Of a stretch of 49,803 nt of DNA, positions 1 to 9,072 are shown one piece after another. The position numbers and the translations under genes were made by a program. Each line of letters begins with the position of its first letter. The stretch's first letter is position 1. The notes under the pieces were generated by a model. That model was not told the DNA's origin, searched no databases, and worked only from the letters and a program-made list of their open reading frames with translations. Location of the stretch: assembly GCA_964417845.1 (NCBI GenBank), contig CAYQJN010000003.1, forward strand, positions 1-49,803, written 5' to 3'. The stretch comes from an uncultured Isosphaeraceae bacterium (lineage in GTDB: Bacteria > Planctomycetota > Phycisphaerae > Phycisphaerales > SM1A02).

Positions 1-1018
1 CGCCTGCGGTGGGCGTTGACGTGCCTCGGTTCCAGCCGGAGAACGTCACTTCATAGCTCGGATTGGGATCGCTGTTGAGGCGAATGAGGCAGTAGTCGCT
101 GTTGCTTCCGCTGACGAGATACTGCGATCCACTCGTGTACTGGCTCCATGAACCATTGCCGTTGCCGCCGCTGTCCGCGCTGCCGGGTGTGCGGCAGTAC
201 GAGTTCTGGTGATTCCAGTAGACGACGACGGACTGGTCATTGTTGTTTCCGATGCCGCAGTGATTAGCGGTGAGGAAGTAGGGGGTCTCATCCTGATTGG
301 TGTTGTTGATCATGGCGCCCGTGCAGGTGAGATACCCGTTGATCGTGTAGACGCCGACTGATGGAATCTCGTCCCACCAGTCATTGCCAAGCGGGCACAC
401 GACGTCAACATTGCATGACTCGGACGACCCTCGCGTTGACGCGCCGCCGCCACCGAGGCCGCGGTAGCCCTCGTTGATCGCGGTCAGTTCAATCGACTCT
501 TCAACCAGCGATCGCTCTTGAGCATCGCAGGAGATCTCAATCACGACCTCCTCGCCGTGGACGACTCGCGTCCAGTACTCACCGCCGGCAGGATTGTCCG
601 CGGCCGTGAGCGTGTCGGTGACGTCGTAGCCGTCATAGGTATACATCGTGAGCTCGGCCGAGTTCGGCAATGCGAATCGGCCGAAGCCGAAGTTGAGGTG
701 CACGGCGCCTGGCGAGAGCACGCGAAGCCGCCACATCATGCGTCCGCTTGGGAGCACTTCCCAGGTGCCGCTTGTGGCGGGCGTCATCGAGACCTCATGG
801 GGGACTGCGATTCTCGCAGGGAGTCCCTCCGCGGCGCGGATGGCATCTTCAGCGATCAACCGCCCGTAGTCCGGGCCTGGCATCTCGATCAGGTCGACGA
901 TGTCGGCTGGCAGGTGGCCCTGTGAGAGCCCCCACGAGGAGGCGAAGGCGGCTGCCGGCATTCCCAGCAGCGCACTGATGGCGATCGCCCCAATGGACGT
1001 ACACGAGCGTTTAAGCAT
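1..1018 (-). CDS. Lysyl endopeptidase-like trypsin-fold serine protease (peptidase S1), 3'-partial; C-terminus lies beyond the left edge
   Basis: Minus-strand frame is open from the ATG at 1018..1016 (GGAG upstream) to position 2. It is absent from the ORF track because it has no in-window stop. My translation starts with a signal peptide (MLKRSCTSIGAIAISALLGMPAAAFA). It continues ...SCNVDVVCPLGNDWWDEIPSVGVYTINGYLTCTGAMINNTNQDETPYFLTANHCGIGNN..VVVYWNHQNSYCRTPG...SDYCLIRLN, colinear with Achromobacter/Lysobacter lysyl endopeptidase. Catalytic His (TANHCG) and Asp are present; the catalytic Ser would be off-window. Confidence 0.85.
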   Translation of the reverse strand, partial: MLKRSCTSIGAIAISALLGMPAAAFASSWGLSQGHLPADIVDLIEMPGPDYGRLIAEDAIRAAEGLPARIAVPHEVSMTPATSGTWEVLPSGRMMWRLRVLSPGAVHLNFGFGRFALPNSAELTMYTYDGYDVTDTLTAADNPAGGEYWTRVVHGEEVVIEISCDAQERSLVEESIELTAINEGYRGLGGGGASTRGSSESCNVDVVCPLGNDWWDEIPSVGVYTINGYLTCTGAMINNTNQDETPYFLTANHCGIGNNNDQSVVVYWNHQNSYCRTPGSADSGGNGNGSWSQYTSGSQYLVSGSNSDYCLIRLNSDPNPSYEVTFSGWNRGTSTPTAG

Positions 1019-1174
1019 TGAGTTGGCTCCTCTCTCCGGCTCGTTGGAGTCCTCCAGCGTGACACCTGAAACGGGCCGGGTCAACCATTGGTCCGAAAAA
1101 CAAGAATCTGCGGTTCCCCAAGTCCTGAAAAGCCGCGCCGCAAAGTTGGACATCGGCCCGACCGTACGGTCAAT

Positions 1175-2860
1175 TCAGCCATCGCAGCCGAAATCGGCCA
1201 GAAGGGCCAGCAGATCGTTGACGTCATACGTCGCTCCGAATCCACCGATCACGGTCAGGAGATCGTTGACGTCGGTGGTCCCGTCGCCGTTGAGATCCCA
1301 CTGGCAGGGGCTCTCGCACTCGTCCGGGATGCCATCGCCATCCTCGTCCTCACTGGTGCCCTGGGCGATGTCGCACGCATCGGGTACCCGATTCGCATTG
1401 CAATCGAGCTCACCCTCCAACTCCACCCAGAGGGAGGCGGTGTCCTGCCAGGTCACGTCCTGATCATCACGGCCCTGAAACAGGGCCTCAAAAAGGACCT
1501 GGCTGGTGTGGTCGAGCGACGTGAGCCTGGCGATCAGGACCCCGTTGCGAATGCTGCAGTCGCCAGCCAGGAATGGCTGCGATGAACCCTGCTGGTCAAT
1601 GGGCAGGCAGAACCAGGTGCCGTCGCCCACACTCAGATCGCCGCCGGACTCGAAGGTGGACCAGTCGATGCCGATGCTGTTGAGTTCATTGTCTCCGAAC
1701 GGATCGCCGGACTGGTCAAGACAGCCGATGGTTACGCGGCTGTCCCATGGCAGGTCCGGGACGAGGGGATAGAGGCTCGGGTTGATGTCCTGGCTCGTCG
1801 GGCCGCCATAGGGATCCTGATAGAAACTCGTCGTGGTGGCGACGGTCTTTTGCTGAAGGGAATTGCCGGCGACGGCGTCGATTCGCCATCCCTCTGGAAT
1901 CTCCGCATAGATGTCAACGGTCCAGCTTGGCGTGGTTCCCTGCACCAGATCGGTGCCGATGACCAGGGATCGCAACGTCACCGATCCGGTACTCCCTCCG
2001 CACGGGGATCCACCACAGTCCGTCTCATCGCCTACATAAATGCCGCCGCCCGCGATGCACTCGGATTCCGTGACGACGTTGCAGGATCCATCGGTGCAGC
2101 AGGCACCGATGACGGGGTCGTCGCAGGGATGGTTGAAGCAACTCGTTCCATTACCGAGATACGTGCCACTGCTGGCAGCGCAGGCGACTTCGGTCAGCAC
2201 CGCGCAAGAGGTGCCCACGCAGCATCCGCCCGTCTCGGCGGTGGTTCCGTCAAATGTGATGGTCAGCGTTCCCGTGCCTTGGGCAGCCTGCCATCCTCCG
2301 AGACGAACCCAGATCGTCTCTGAAGTGGCGACATCGATTCCCTCGATCAGGCTGTAGTACTCCTGGCAACTTCCATCGTCGGGCCCGTCACCATTGCAGG
2401 CGATCTGCGTGAGATCGCCGCACGATGAGCCTGCGTAGAGCACCATCGAGGTGTCATACGAGGTGGGATCGCAGGTTGTGAATGAGGCCAGGCCATCCCC
2501 GGGGGCCTCCCACTTGAACCAGAAGTCGGCACTCTGGTCCCAGTCGAGGAATGTCCCCGGACATTGATCCTCGTCGGGTGGCCCGAACTGGCTGTCAGTT
2601 GCGTAGGTGGTATCGAACGCGTTGGGGCCTTCCTCTGCGATGGCGGCGGTGTCGCAGGTATTCCCGTTGTTGGGGTCGCAGGGATTACCGTCGCAGGGAA
2701 CGCCATCACCCAGATAGGTTCCGCCCATGGCGGCGCACTCCTGCCCGGTCACAAACTCACATAGACCACCGAAACAGCAGGCGCCGTGCGGCGGGAGGGC
2801 GGCGTGGGCGCTCGCGCAGTATCCGCACAGGATCCACATCGCCCTCATCAGAATCCGCAT
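1175..2860 (-). CDS. Secreted cysteine-rich-repeat protein with PPC-like domain, TSP3-like acidic motif and C-terminal dockerin-like tail
   Basis: ORF 1175..3091 trimmed to the ATG at 2860 (GAGGAG 11 nt upstream). That start yields the signal peptide MRILMRAMWILCGYCASAHA. Three copies of the GACC..C..C..GG.Y.G.G..C...C module. CDIAQGTSEDEDGDGIPDEC motif. Ends DLNGDGTTDVNDLLTVIGGFG..DVNDLLALLADFGCDG. Confidence 0.85.
   Translation of the reverse strand: MRILMRAMWILCGYCASAHAALPPHGACCFGGLCEFVTGQECAAMGGTYLGDGVPCDGNPCDPNNGNTCDTAAIAEEGPNAFDTTYATDSQFGPPDEDQCPGTFLDWDQSADFWFKWEAPGDGLASFTTCDPTSYDTSMVLYAGSSCGDLTQIACNGDGPDDGSCQEYYSLIEGIDVATSETIWVRLGGWQAAQGTGTLTITFDGTTAETGGCCVGTSCAVLTEVACAASSGTYLGNGTSCFNHPCDDPVIGACCTDGSCNVVTESECIAGGGIYVGDETDCGGSPCGGSTGSVTLRSLVIGTDLVQGTTPSWTVDIYAEIPEGWRIDAVAGNSLQQKTVATTTSFYQDPYGGPTSQDINPSLYPLVPDLPWDSRVTIGCLDQSGDPFGDNELNSIGIDWSTFESGGDLSVGDGTWFCLPIDQQGSSQPFLAGDCSIRNGVLIARLTSLDHTSQVLFEALFQGRDDQDVTWQDTASLWVELEGELDCNANRVPDACDIAQGTSEDEDGDGIPDECESPCQWDLNGDGTTDVNDLLTVIGGFGATYDVNDLLALLADFGCDG
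1178..1297 (-). other. Dockerin-like Ca-binding C-terminal tail (second segment degenerate)
   Basis: DLNGDGTTDVNDLLTVIGGFGATYDVNDLLALLADFGCDG. DxNxDGxxDxxD loop followed by an LL-rich helix. Confidence 0.65.
2000..2230 (-). repeat. Two tandem copies of the six-Cys module (GGCCVGTSC...HPC and GACCTDGSC...SPC)
   Basis: aa 211-287 of the trimmed protein. Conserved Cys spacing and GG/SG-x-Y-x-G-x-x-[TS]-x-C core. Confidence 0.8.
2675..2785 (-). repeat. Single N-terminal copy of the six-Cys module (GACCFGGLCEFVTGQECAAMGGTYLGDGVPCDGNPCD)
   Basis: aa 26-62, directly after the predicted signal peptide. Confidence 0.8.
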
Positions 2861-3071
2861 GGATGCATCCGCTCCTCGTCCTGCGCCTCGCAGGAACTCC
2901 GATCTGGCCCCCGTCCCGTTGAGGGCCCATCGTATCAGTCCTCTCAGGGGGGCATTCGCCGGTGATCTTCTGAAGGATGCCACCAATCTGAAGGTGGCCC
3001 AAGAAGTTTCGATCGGACCGCGTCTTCGCCGTTCCCCTACAACCCGCACAATCGAGTGGTACCGTGCGTAG

Positions 3072-3839
3072 ATGACCGCCCCAGCCGTCAACGAACGTGA
3101 ACGCTCGCTGGCTATCGAGGCCGCTCAGGCAGCCATCAGGACGCTTCGGAGGGCCTCAACGCAGGTGCTCAGTGCCCCAGGCAGGGATGTCAAGGCGCAG
3201 GCCGACCTGGACGCGGAGCGGGCGATTTTGGACGTTCTGGCGCCGAGTGGACTTCCGATCCTCTCGGAGGAAGGCGGCGGAGGCGAGGCATTCACGCTCG
3301 AGGCGGATGGTTGGATCATCGATCCGCTCGATGGCACCATGAACTTCACCAGAAGTCTTCCGGTGTGCTGTACCTGCATCGCGCTCTGGCGCGGCGGGCG
3401 ACCGGCATTCGGGGTGATCAGCGAGGTTTGCACCGACGTGGTGTGGGCCGGGGGCCTGGGCGTCCCGACAACATGCAATGGAGTTCCCTGCGCCGCTGGC
3501 AACGCTACAAGCCCGGACACAGCGGTCCTGGCCACGGGCTTCCCCCGTTGCTTTGACTTTGGCGCAACCTCACAGTCGCGATATGCGCAGCGTATGGCTG
3601 CGTACAAAAAGATTCGGATGATCGGTTGCGCTGGCTTGTCGCTGGCATGGACGGCTGGCGGACGTATGGATCTGTATTACGAGGAGGGCATCTTCCTCTG
3701 GGATGTGGCTGCCGGGTTGGCCCTGGTGGAGGGCGCCGGCGGGACGTGGTCCTGCTCGACACCTGATGCCGCGTGGCGATGTGATGTCGCTGCCGGATCG
3801 CCTGATCTGGTGGCGATGGAGCAGCCGCCAGTTGCCTGA
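3072..3839 (+). CDS. Inositol monophosphatase family protein (SuhB/CysQ-like)
   Basis: ATG at 3072. ILSEEGG and WIIDPLDGTMNF metal-binding motifs typical of the IMPase/FBPase fold. 255 aa. Confidence 0.85.
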   Translation: MTAPAVNERERSLAIEAAQAAIRTLRRASTQVLSAPGRDVKAQADLDAERAILDVLAPSGLPILSEEGGGGEAFTLEADGWIIDPLDGTMNFTRSLPVCCTCIALWRGGRPAFGVISEVCTDVVWAGGLGVPTTCNGVPCAAGNATSPDTAVLATGFPRCFDFGATSQSRYAQRMAAYKKIRMIGCAGLSLAWTAGGRMDLYYEEGIFLWDVAAGLALVEGAGGTWSCSTPDAAWRCDVAAGSPDLVAMEQPPVA

Positions 3840-3853
3840 GGGGCGTCACCCGC

Positions 3854-5221
3854 TCAGTGGCGGTCCATCAGCCTGCGGGCCCGGTGTTCACCGATGACCA
3901 TGACCAACTGCACATAAGCTTCCTTGTCCACATCGGCCACCATGTTCTGGGCTCGATCGAGTTTCTTGAATGCTTGGGTCAAGTCGGGTCGGTCCAGTTC
4001 ATTCTCAACGGCCAGCAGGTAAAGCGTCTCAGTACCGTCAAACTCCATGATGCCCTGAATGGCTTCCGGGCGAACTCGACGCAGCGCATTCGCATGCAAC
4101 TCGAGGATCTTGGGCAGCGCTGGGTGAAGCTCCGCCATGCCATCGTCGATGGCCGACTGAACGGCCCGCTCAACGCGTGAGCGGTAGTACAGGGAGGGAA
4201 AGGCCCGGCGGCGGTACTCCCCTCGGAGGATCCTGATCTGGTCGGCGTCCGTGAGGGATTGGCATGTGTCTGCAATAGCGTCCCACGTCCGGTCGCGAAC
4301 GGCCCGCCGCGCATCCAGAACGACTTTCATCGCGAGGATCGCCTGAGTCGGATCCCACGACTCTGATGAGGCGTGGGAGAAACTTCGGGGGGCGTTCAGT
4401 AAGGCGGCCTCGCGATCACTCAGGAGTTCGTCGATGTGGCTCCGCCACTCGGGGAGCACTTGAGACAGGATGTCACGGGTCTCATCGGTCAGTTGGGGGT
4501 CGATCACACGCACCACCGCATCAAGGTCGACGTGCTCTCCCTGAAGGTGTCCGGCCCGCAGGTGTCTGCGCCGGGCGATGTCCTTCTTGACACGGTGCCA
4601 TTCTTCCAATTCATCCGGTAGCAGGAAGATGGAGATGTCTGCCTCGAGCCCCTCGATGAGCTGCTGGCCGATCTGATTGAATCGAGACAGCAATGAATCC
4701 TGATCAGCTTCCGAGGCCACCTGGAGTGATGCGATCCGATCGCGGGCAGCGCGGCATGCCGCCCAGGACGCATTGAGCTCGACTTTGGATTCTCCAAGGG
4801 CGTCCTCAATCAGTTGCATGCCCAGCGCGTCCGGTGGTCGCCTTGATGAATACCGGACCCCTGTGCGGCCCGACTCCAGTCGTCGCTTCAGTTCCTTCGC
4901 CGCATCCCGCTGCTGCAGATACGTCTCGTTGGCTTTGGCCAGCGTGCGGCGGGCCTCGGCCCACTCAGACGGGTTGGTGTGTGGCCTGCTGGCCCGATCT
5001 GACGAGTACCCCGAGACGGCGGCCGACCAGTGGTCATTGAAGTCCCGGACGAGTTGGGACAGAATCGCCTGCCGGTCAGCGTCCTCAATGCCAACACGCT
5101 CGATTACCAATGGAATGTCCGAGAGGAGCCACGGGGGAGACTGGTCGAGCGGATCGAGCAGCGACCCTGATATCAGTCCTTGTCCAGCGGCGATCAGCAC
5201 CATGCCCGCGAGTGAGATCAT
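3854..5221 (-). CDS. Hypothetical membrane-anchored, mostly alpha-helical protein
   Basis: ATG at 5221. N-terminal hydrophobic segment MISLAGMVLIAAGQGLISG. The rest is Arg/Glu/Leu/Asp-rich and I recognise no motif. Sits 21 nt downstream of the oxidase gene on the same strand. Confidence 0.6.
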   Translation of the reverse strand: MISLAGMVLIAAGQGLISGSLLDPLDQSPPWLLSDIPLVIERVGIEDADRQAILSQLVRDFNDHWSAAVSGYSSDRASRPHTNPSEWAEARRTLAKANETYLQQRDAAKELKRRLESGRTGVRYSSRRPPDALGMQLIEDALGESKVELNASWAACRAARDRIASLQVASEADQDSLLSRFNQIGQQLIEGLEADISIFLLPDELEEWHRVKKDIARRRHLRAGHLQGEHVDLDAVVRVIDPQLTDETRDILSQVLPEWRSHIDELLSDREAALLNAPRSFSHASSESWDPTQAILAMKVVLDARRAVRDRTWDAIADTCQSLTDADQIRILRGEYRRRAFPSLYYRSRVERAVQSAIDDGMAELHPALPKILELHANALRRVRPEAIQGIMEFDGTETLYLLAVENELDRPDLTQAFKKLDRAQNMVADVDKEAYVQLVMVIGEHRARRLMDRH

Positions 5222-5242
5222 CCGGCCAGTGTAGGCGCGATC

Positions 5243-6391
5243 TCACGCAGGCGGAGGAGGATCTTCGATCGCCAGAAAGTTGATGTTCATTGCCGTGCGG
5301 CCGGTCAGTGCAAGGTCAGCGGCGATCGTGCCAAGGACGGGCTGGAATTTGAATCCATGCCCGCTGAGTCCGGCCACGATGACGACGTGGGACGCATGAG
5401 GATGCAGACCGATCCGAAAGTGCCCATCGGTCGAATTCGCATACAGGCACGTGTGGACGGTTGATGCGGCGCCTGAAGCGGAGGGGAGCCATCGAGTCAG
5501 GTGGGGTACCACGTCCCGCTCATCGCCAGCTTGGGGCGCCTTGGCGATGTCATCGTCGGGATCCACGGTAGGCCCTGCCCAGTGTCTGGCGACTTTGAAA
5601 CCGCCAGGTCCGGGCAGACCGGACATGCGCGGGAAGCCATAGAGCAACGAGGCGTCGTCAAGTTCCAATGCCCATACCGGGAGTGCGGGGGCGTCAATCG
5701 GGGCGGCGTCGGGCGCATCAAACCAGACGAGGACCTGTCTGGATGGCCGAATCCGTAGTGCCGTGCACTGACTCAACGGGCCTGCCCAGGCACCTGCGCA
5801 CAGGACGAGGCGATCTGCATGCACTGGGCCATCCGAAGTATCGACGACGACGCCTGCGCTGTCTTCACGCCACTGTGTCGCCTTGACGCCCGTTTGAAGT
5901 TCGGCACCGTTGGCGACGGCTGCGCTGGCATGAGCTTGCAGCGCACGTTCCGGAACGATGAGCCCCGCCAGCGGTTCGTGCATGCCGACCATGTCATCCC
6001 GGAGGTCGAAGGCGGGCCACCGCTGTCGAATCGACCGCGCGTCATGCGTCGTGTGCGGAATGTCGTAGGCCTGGGCCGCTGCGACGGAGTCGGGGACGAG
6101 GGAACCGTCGGAATCGCCCATGTAGAGTCCGCCGGTCTCGTAGAACACCTGCTCATCGGCGTCTGTGTTCAGTCGGATCCATGCTTCGCGGGCCTCCCGA
6201 AGGAGCGGCACATATCCGGGGTGCTCAAAGTAAGCGAGCCGGAATGCGCGGGACTGATGGGCGCTGCCGCCGTGTGTGTGTCCGATGTCGTATTGGTCGA
6301 TCCCGATGACGTCGGCGCCGCGGGCTGCCAGCGCAGCGCACGCGGCTGTTCCCGCGCACCCCAGACCAATCACGATGACGCGCTGAGCCAT
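5243..6391 (-). CDS. FAD-dependent monomeric sarcosine oxidase / N-methyl-L-tryptophan oxidase-like (MSOX/MTOX family)
   Basis: N-terminal dinucleotide fold VIVIGLGCAGTAACAALAARG. Also HGGSAHQSRAFRLAY. TCLYANSTDGHFRI matches the covalent-FAD Cys region of MSOX/SolA. Confidence 0.8.
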   Translation of the reverse strand: MAQRVIVIGLGCAGTAACAALAARGADVIGIDQYDIGHTHGGSAHQSRAFRLAYFEHPGYVPLLREAREAWIRLNTDADEQVFYETGGLYMGDSDGSLVPDSVAAAQAYDIPHTTHDARSIRQRWPAFDLRDDMVGMHEPLAGLIVPERALQAHASAAVANGAELQTGVKATQWREDSAGVVVDTSDGPVHADRLVLCAGAWAGPLSQCTALRIRPSRQVLVWFDAPDAAPIDAPALPVWALELDDASLLYGFPRMSGLPGPGGFKVARHWAGPTVDPDDDIAKAPQAGDERDVVPHLTRWLPSASGAASTVHTCLYANSTDGHFRIGLHPHASHVVIVAGLSGHGFKFQPVLGTIAADLALTGRTAMNINFLAIEDPPPPA

Positions 6392-6410
6392 CCCATCATG
6401 CTATCGGTGG

Positions 6411-7832
6411 TCAGGTTGATGTGAGCGCGTTCGCAGTAATCGCGATCGTCAAACCGGGATTCTGATAGTTCACGAAGAGTGTGCTTCCGTCGGGGCTGAA
6501 GCAGCACCCCGCGAACTCCGAGTTGTTGAGTGCGTTGCGGGCGATCGGATAGATCGTGCCGCGTGGTGTGACTCCGAGCAGAAACTGTTCCCCCGATCCA
6601 TCTTCGCACACCACCAGGTCGCCACTGGGTGACTGCGTGATGTTGTCGGCGTTTTCGAGCACGCTCGGGTCGTCCGGCTGGAGAAAGAGTTCCAGCGTGC
6701 CTGGCTCGGTGCGCTCGTGCCTCGTCCCTTCGACGCCAGGGCGTGCAGGGTGGTACCTCCAGAGTTGGCCTGCTTTGGCTCGGCCGCCGGTGGTACATGC
6801 AAAGAACACCTCACCATCACCGTGCCACATGCCTTCGGCTCGTGCGAATCTGGCCGCCCCGCGGTCGAATGCCTGATAGCGGAGGGAGTCATCTGGGGAA
6901 TCGACATCCTCCAGATCAACCCAGTGCACCGTGCGGACGTCGCCCTGTTGCATCGGAGGGATGCCTTCCCAGTCCCGAAGATCGGCCGAGAGCCTGTCTG
7001 TGACCGCGAGGGCCTGGAGTCTTCCGCCTTCGCGAAGGTGGGTCGGGTCGTCGGGGAGGTATCGATAGAGCACGCCATCGTTGAGGTCCTCGGTGAGATA
7101 CACAATGCCCGACTCCGGACTCACCGCCACCGCTTCGTGTCGGAATCGTCCCATTGTGGTGATGGGCTCGGGCGTCACCAGCCCGGCGCCGACCGCGGCG
7201 GGGACTTCAAAGCAGTATCCATGCGGCTTGCGCCAGGGGAATCCATGCTCCGGGCCGACCGTGGTTTCTTCGCATGAGATCCACGTGCCGCGGGGGGTCG
7301 GTCCGCCAGCGCAGTTGTAGTCGGTTCCCGCAAGTATCAACCGATGTGACCGAAGTGCACCATGCGTGGTGTCATAGGTCAGTCTGGTGCATCCCCCTCT
7401 GCACGGGAGGTCGGTGCCAAGCGGCGTGCGTCCGAGGTCATAGACCTTGGAACGGTCCACCAGTCCGAGGCGCTCGTGGCCTGAACCAAAGGCACCGGTG
7501 GTGTCATGGGCGGGTGAGATCTCATGGTTTCGAATGAGCACGGTGGTGCCGTCGGGGCCGTGGAATGCCGCCATGCCATCGTGCTTGCCCGGCACCAGAA
7601 GTCCATCGTCCATCTCTTCTCCGGTCCGGGAGAAGACGTGATAGGTCCATCCGCTGGGCAGATCCAGCAGGCCAGCGGGATCTGGAACGAGCGGTCCAGC
7701 CGGACCGGTGAATCCACTTGCAGGGAGCAGGGAGGCAGACGCCGCCCCAAGCCAGCGACGCTGCAGGCCGCCAAAGGCAAGCGAGACGCCCGTGGCCAGA
7801 TGGAGGAACGCGCGGCGATCGAGGCGGCTCAT
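6411..7832 (-). CDS. PhoX/DUF839 family secreted phosphatase-like protein with twin-arginine signal
   Basis: MSRLDRRAFLHLATGVSLAF is Tat-like. GTDYNCAGGPTPRGTWISCEET is the hallmark PhoX/DUF839 motif. Beta-propeller-like repeats follow. Confidence 0.8.
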   Translation of the reverse strand: MSRLDRRAFLHLATGVSLAFGGLQRRWLGAASASLLPASGFTGPAGPLVPDPAGLLDLPSGWTYHVFSRTGEEMDDGLLVPGKHDGMAAFHGPDGTTVLIRNHEISPAHDTTGAFGSGHERLGLVDRSKVYDLGRTPLGTDLPCRGGCTRLTYDTTHGALRSHRLILAGTDYNCAGGPTPRGTWISCEETTVGPEHGFPWRKPHGYCFEVPAAVGAGLVTPEPITTMGRFRHEAVAVSPESGIVYLTEDLNDGVLYRYLPDDPTHLREGGRLQALAVTDRLSADLRDWEGIPPMQQGDVRTVHWVDLEDVDSPDDSLRYQAFDRGAARFARAEGMWHGDGEVFFACTTGGRAKAGQLWRYHPARPGVEGTRHERTEPGTLELFLQPDDPSVLENADNITQSPSGDLVVCEDGSGEQFLLGVTPRGTIYPIARNALNNSEFAGCCFSPDGSTLFVNYQNPGLTIAITANALTST

Positions 7833-7957
7833 CCACTCACCTTACGGGCAATGGGGCAGGTCAGGAGGAACCCGTGGTGCATGTCGGTCGATTTCACCAG
7901 ATCCGAACGCTCGAGCCGATAGGGTTGGCGGGCGTTCGAGAGGCCCCACGCACCATC

Positions 7958-8848
7958 ATGCGAGTCGTCATTGTCGCCAATCCCGTTTCCGGTCGTGGAC
8001 GCGCGCGGCGTCACAGCGAGGCGCTCGCAGCCATGTTGGCTTCGAAGGGCTATGTCGCGGACGAAGTGGCCAGTGAGCCTGGCGATGCACGGGTCTGGTT
8101 GCCATCGCACCTCGTGGATGCCGACGCGGTGGCTGTGGTCGGGGGGGATGGCACGGTGCGGTCGATGGCCATGGCCGTCGCGGAGGCTGACGTTCCGTTG
8201 GTGCATGTTCCCCAGGGCAATGAGAATCTCTTCGCCCGGTCACTCGGCATGGGGGCTCGACTGGAACAGACGGTCGGGCTGATTGAAACGGGTCGATGTT
8301 CCGAGGTCGACATCGCGCAGGCGGGGGGGGAGGCCATGTTGCTCATGGCATCCGTCGGGTTTGACGCCGAGATCGTGGCAGATGTGGCGGCCCGCCGCCG
8401 CGAACGCGTTTCGAATTGGCACTATGTCCGCAGTGGGCTACGTCAACTGCGTCGCTGGAGTCCCTCGCGGATGTCGGTGCAGGTGGACGGCGCGGCGGTG
8501 GTGTCTGCGCAGCGAGGTTGGGTGGTGGTGTCGAATGCCCCCCTCTACGGGGGGCGGCTTGACCCCGCCCCGATGGCTCGCATGGATGACGGCGTCCTTG
8601 ACCTGGCGTTCTTCCCCGCGGCGTCGCGGCTTGCGATGCTCGGCTGGCTTGCGAGGTGTCGTCTGGGCAGACAGGTCGGGGCCCCAACCTATGTGCACCG
8701 ACGGGTTTATCAGCGTGTCGAGATCGATTGTGAGTCGCCCGTTCGGTGGCAACTCGACGGCGATCCGCCGCCCGATGGGGCCCCGGTGTTGATCGAGCGG
8801 CTTTGCGTGTCGCTGGCGCCGGTTCGCCTCCGAGTTCTCAGCGTGTGA
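7958..8848 (+). CDS. Diacylglycerol/lipid kinase family protein (YegS/BmrU-like)
   Basis: ORF 7718..8848 trimmed to the ATG at 7958. Starts MRVVIVANPVSGRGRA and contains VAVVGGDGTVRS, the DAGK catalytic-domain signature. Confidence 0.8.
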   Translation: MRVVIVANPVSGRGRARRHSEALAAMLASKGYVADEVASEPGDARVWLPSHLVDADAVAVVGGDGTVRSMAMAVAEADVPLVHVPQGNENLFARSLGMGARLEQTVGLIETGRCSEVDIAQAGGEAMLLMASVGFDAEIVADVAARRRERVSNWHYVRSGLRQLRRWSPSRMSVQVDGAAVVSAQRGWVVVSNAPLYGGRLDPAPMARMDDGVLDLAFFPAASRLAMLGWLARCRLGRQVGAPTYVHRRVYQRVEIDCESPVRWQLDGDPPPDGAPVLIERLCVSLAPVRLRVLSV

Positions 8849-9072
8849 CGGCCGGCCGAAGTTGCTGGAGCCGCGACCAGGTTCCTGCAGGTGGCAGGGG
8901 CGGTAAGTGTTTGCCTGGTCAGGAGATGGGGCGGCAGGCGGTCTGGGGATTTCTCTCAGGTCTTTTGGCATCAAGCTGACAGAAACGAGGTCTGTCCACG
9001 GAGCCTTCATAGCGGAGGCCGCTGGTGGCCGTTCCGCCCGTGCTGCCCCCTGCCTCTTGAGGAGATGACCAG

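Noticed and set aside
46-925. Track ORFs 46..291 (-), 518..925 (+), 648..869 (+), 748..978 (+), 900..1463 (+).
   Set aside because: They overlap the minus-strand lysyl-endopeptidase-like frame that is open from 1018 to the edge and carries clear protease motifs. These ORFs are low-complexity alternatives in other frames.
2861-3091. N-terminal extensions of track ORFs: 2861..3091, 7718..7957, 17815..18042, 22353..22541, 22658..22861, 33898..34053, 41426..41503, 42868..43134, 44851..44940, 49424..49459.
   Set aside because: Internal ATG codons give canonical family N-termini or signal peptides, often with a GGAG-type site upstream, and they remove implausible overlaps with neighbouring genes. 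The extensions are Arg/Pro-rich and motif-free.
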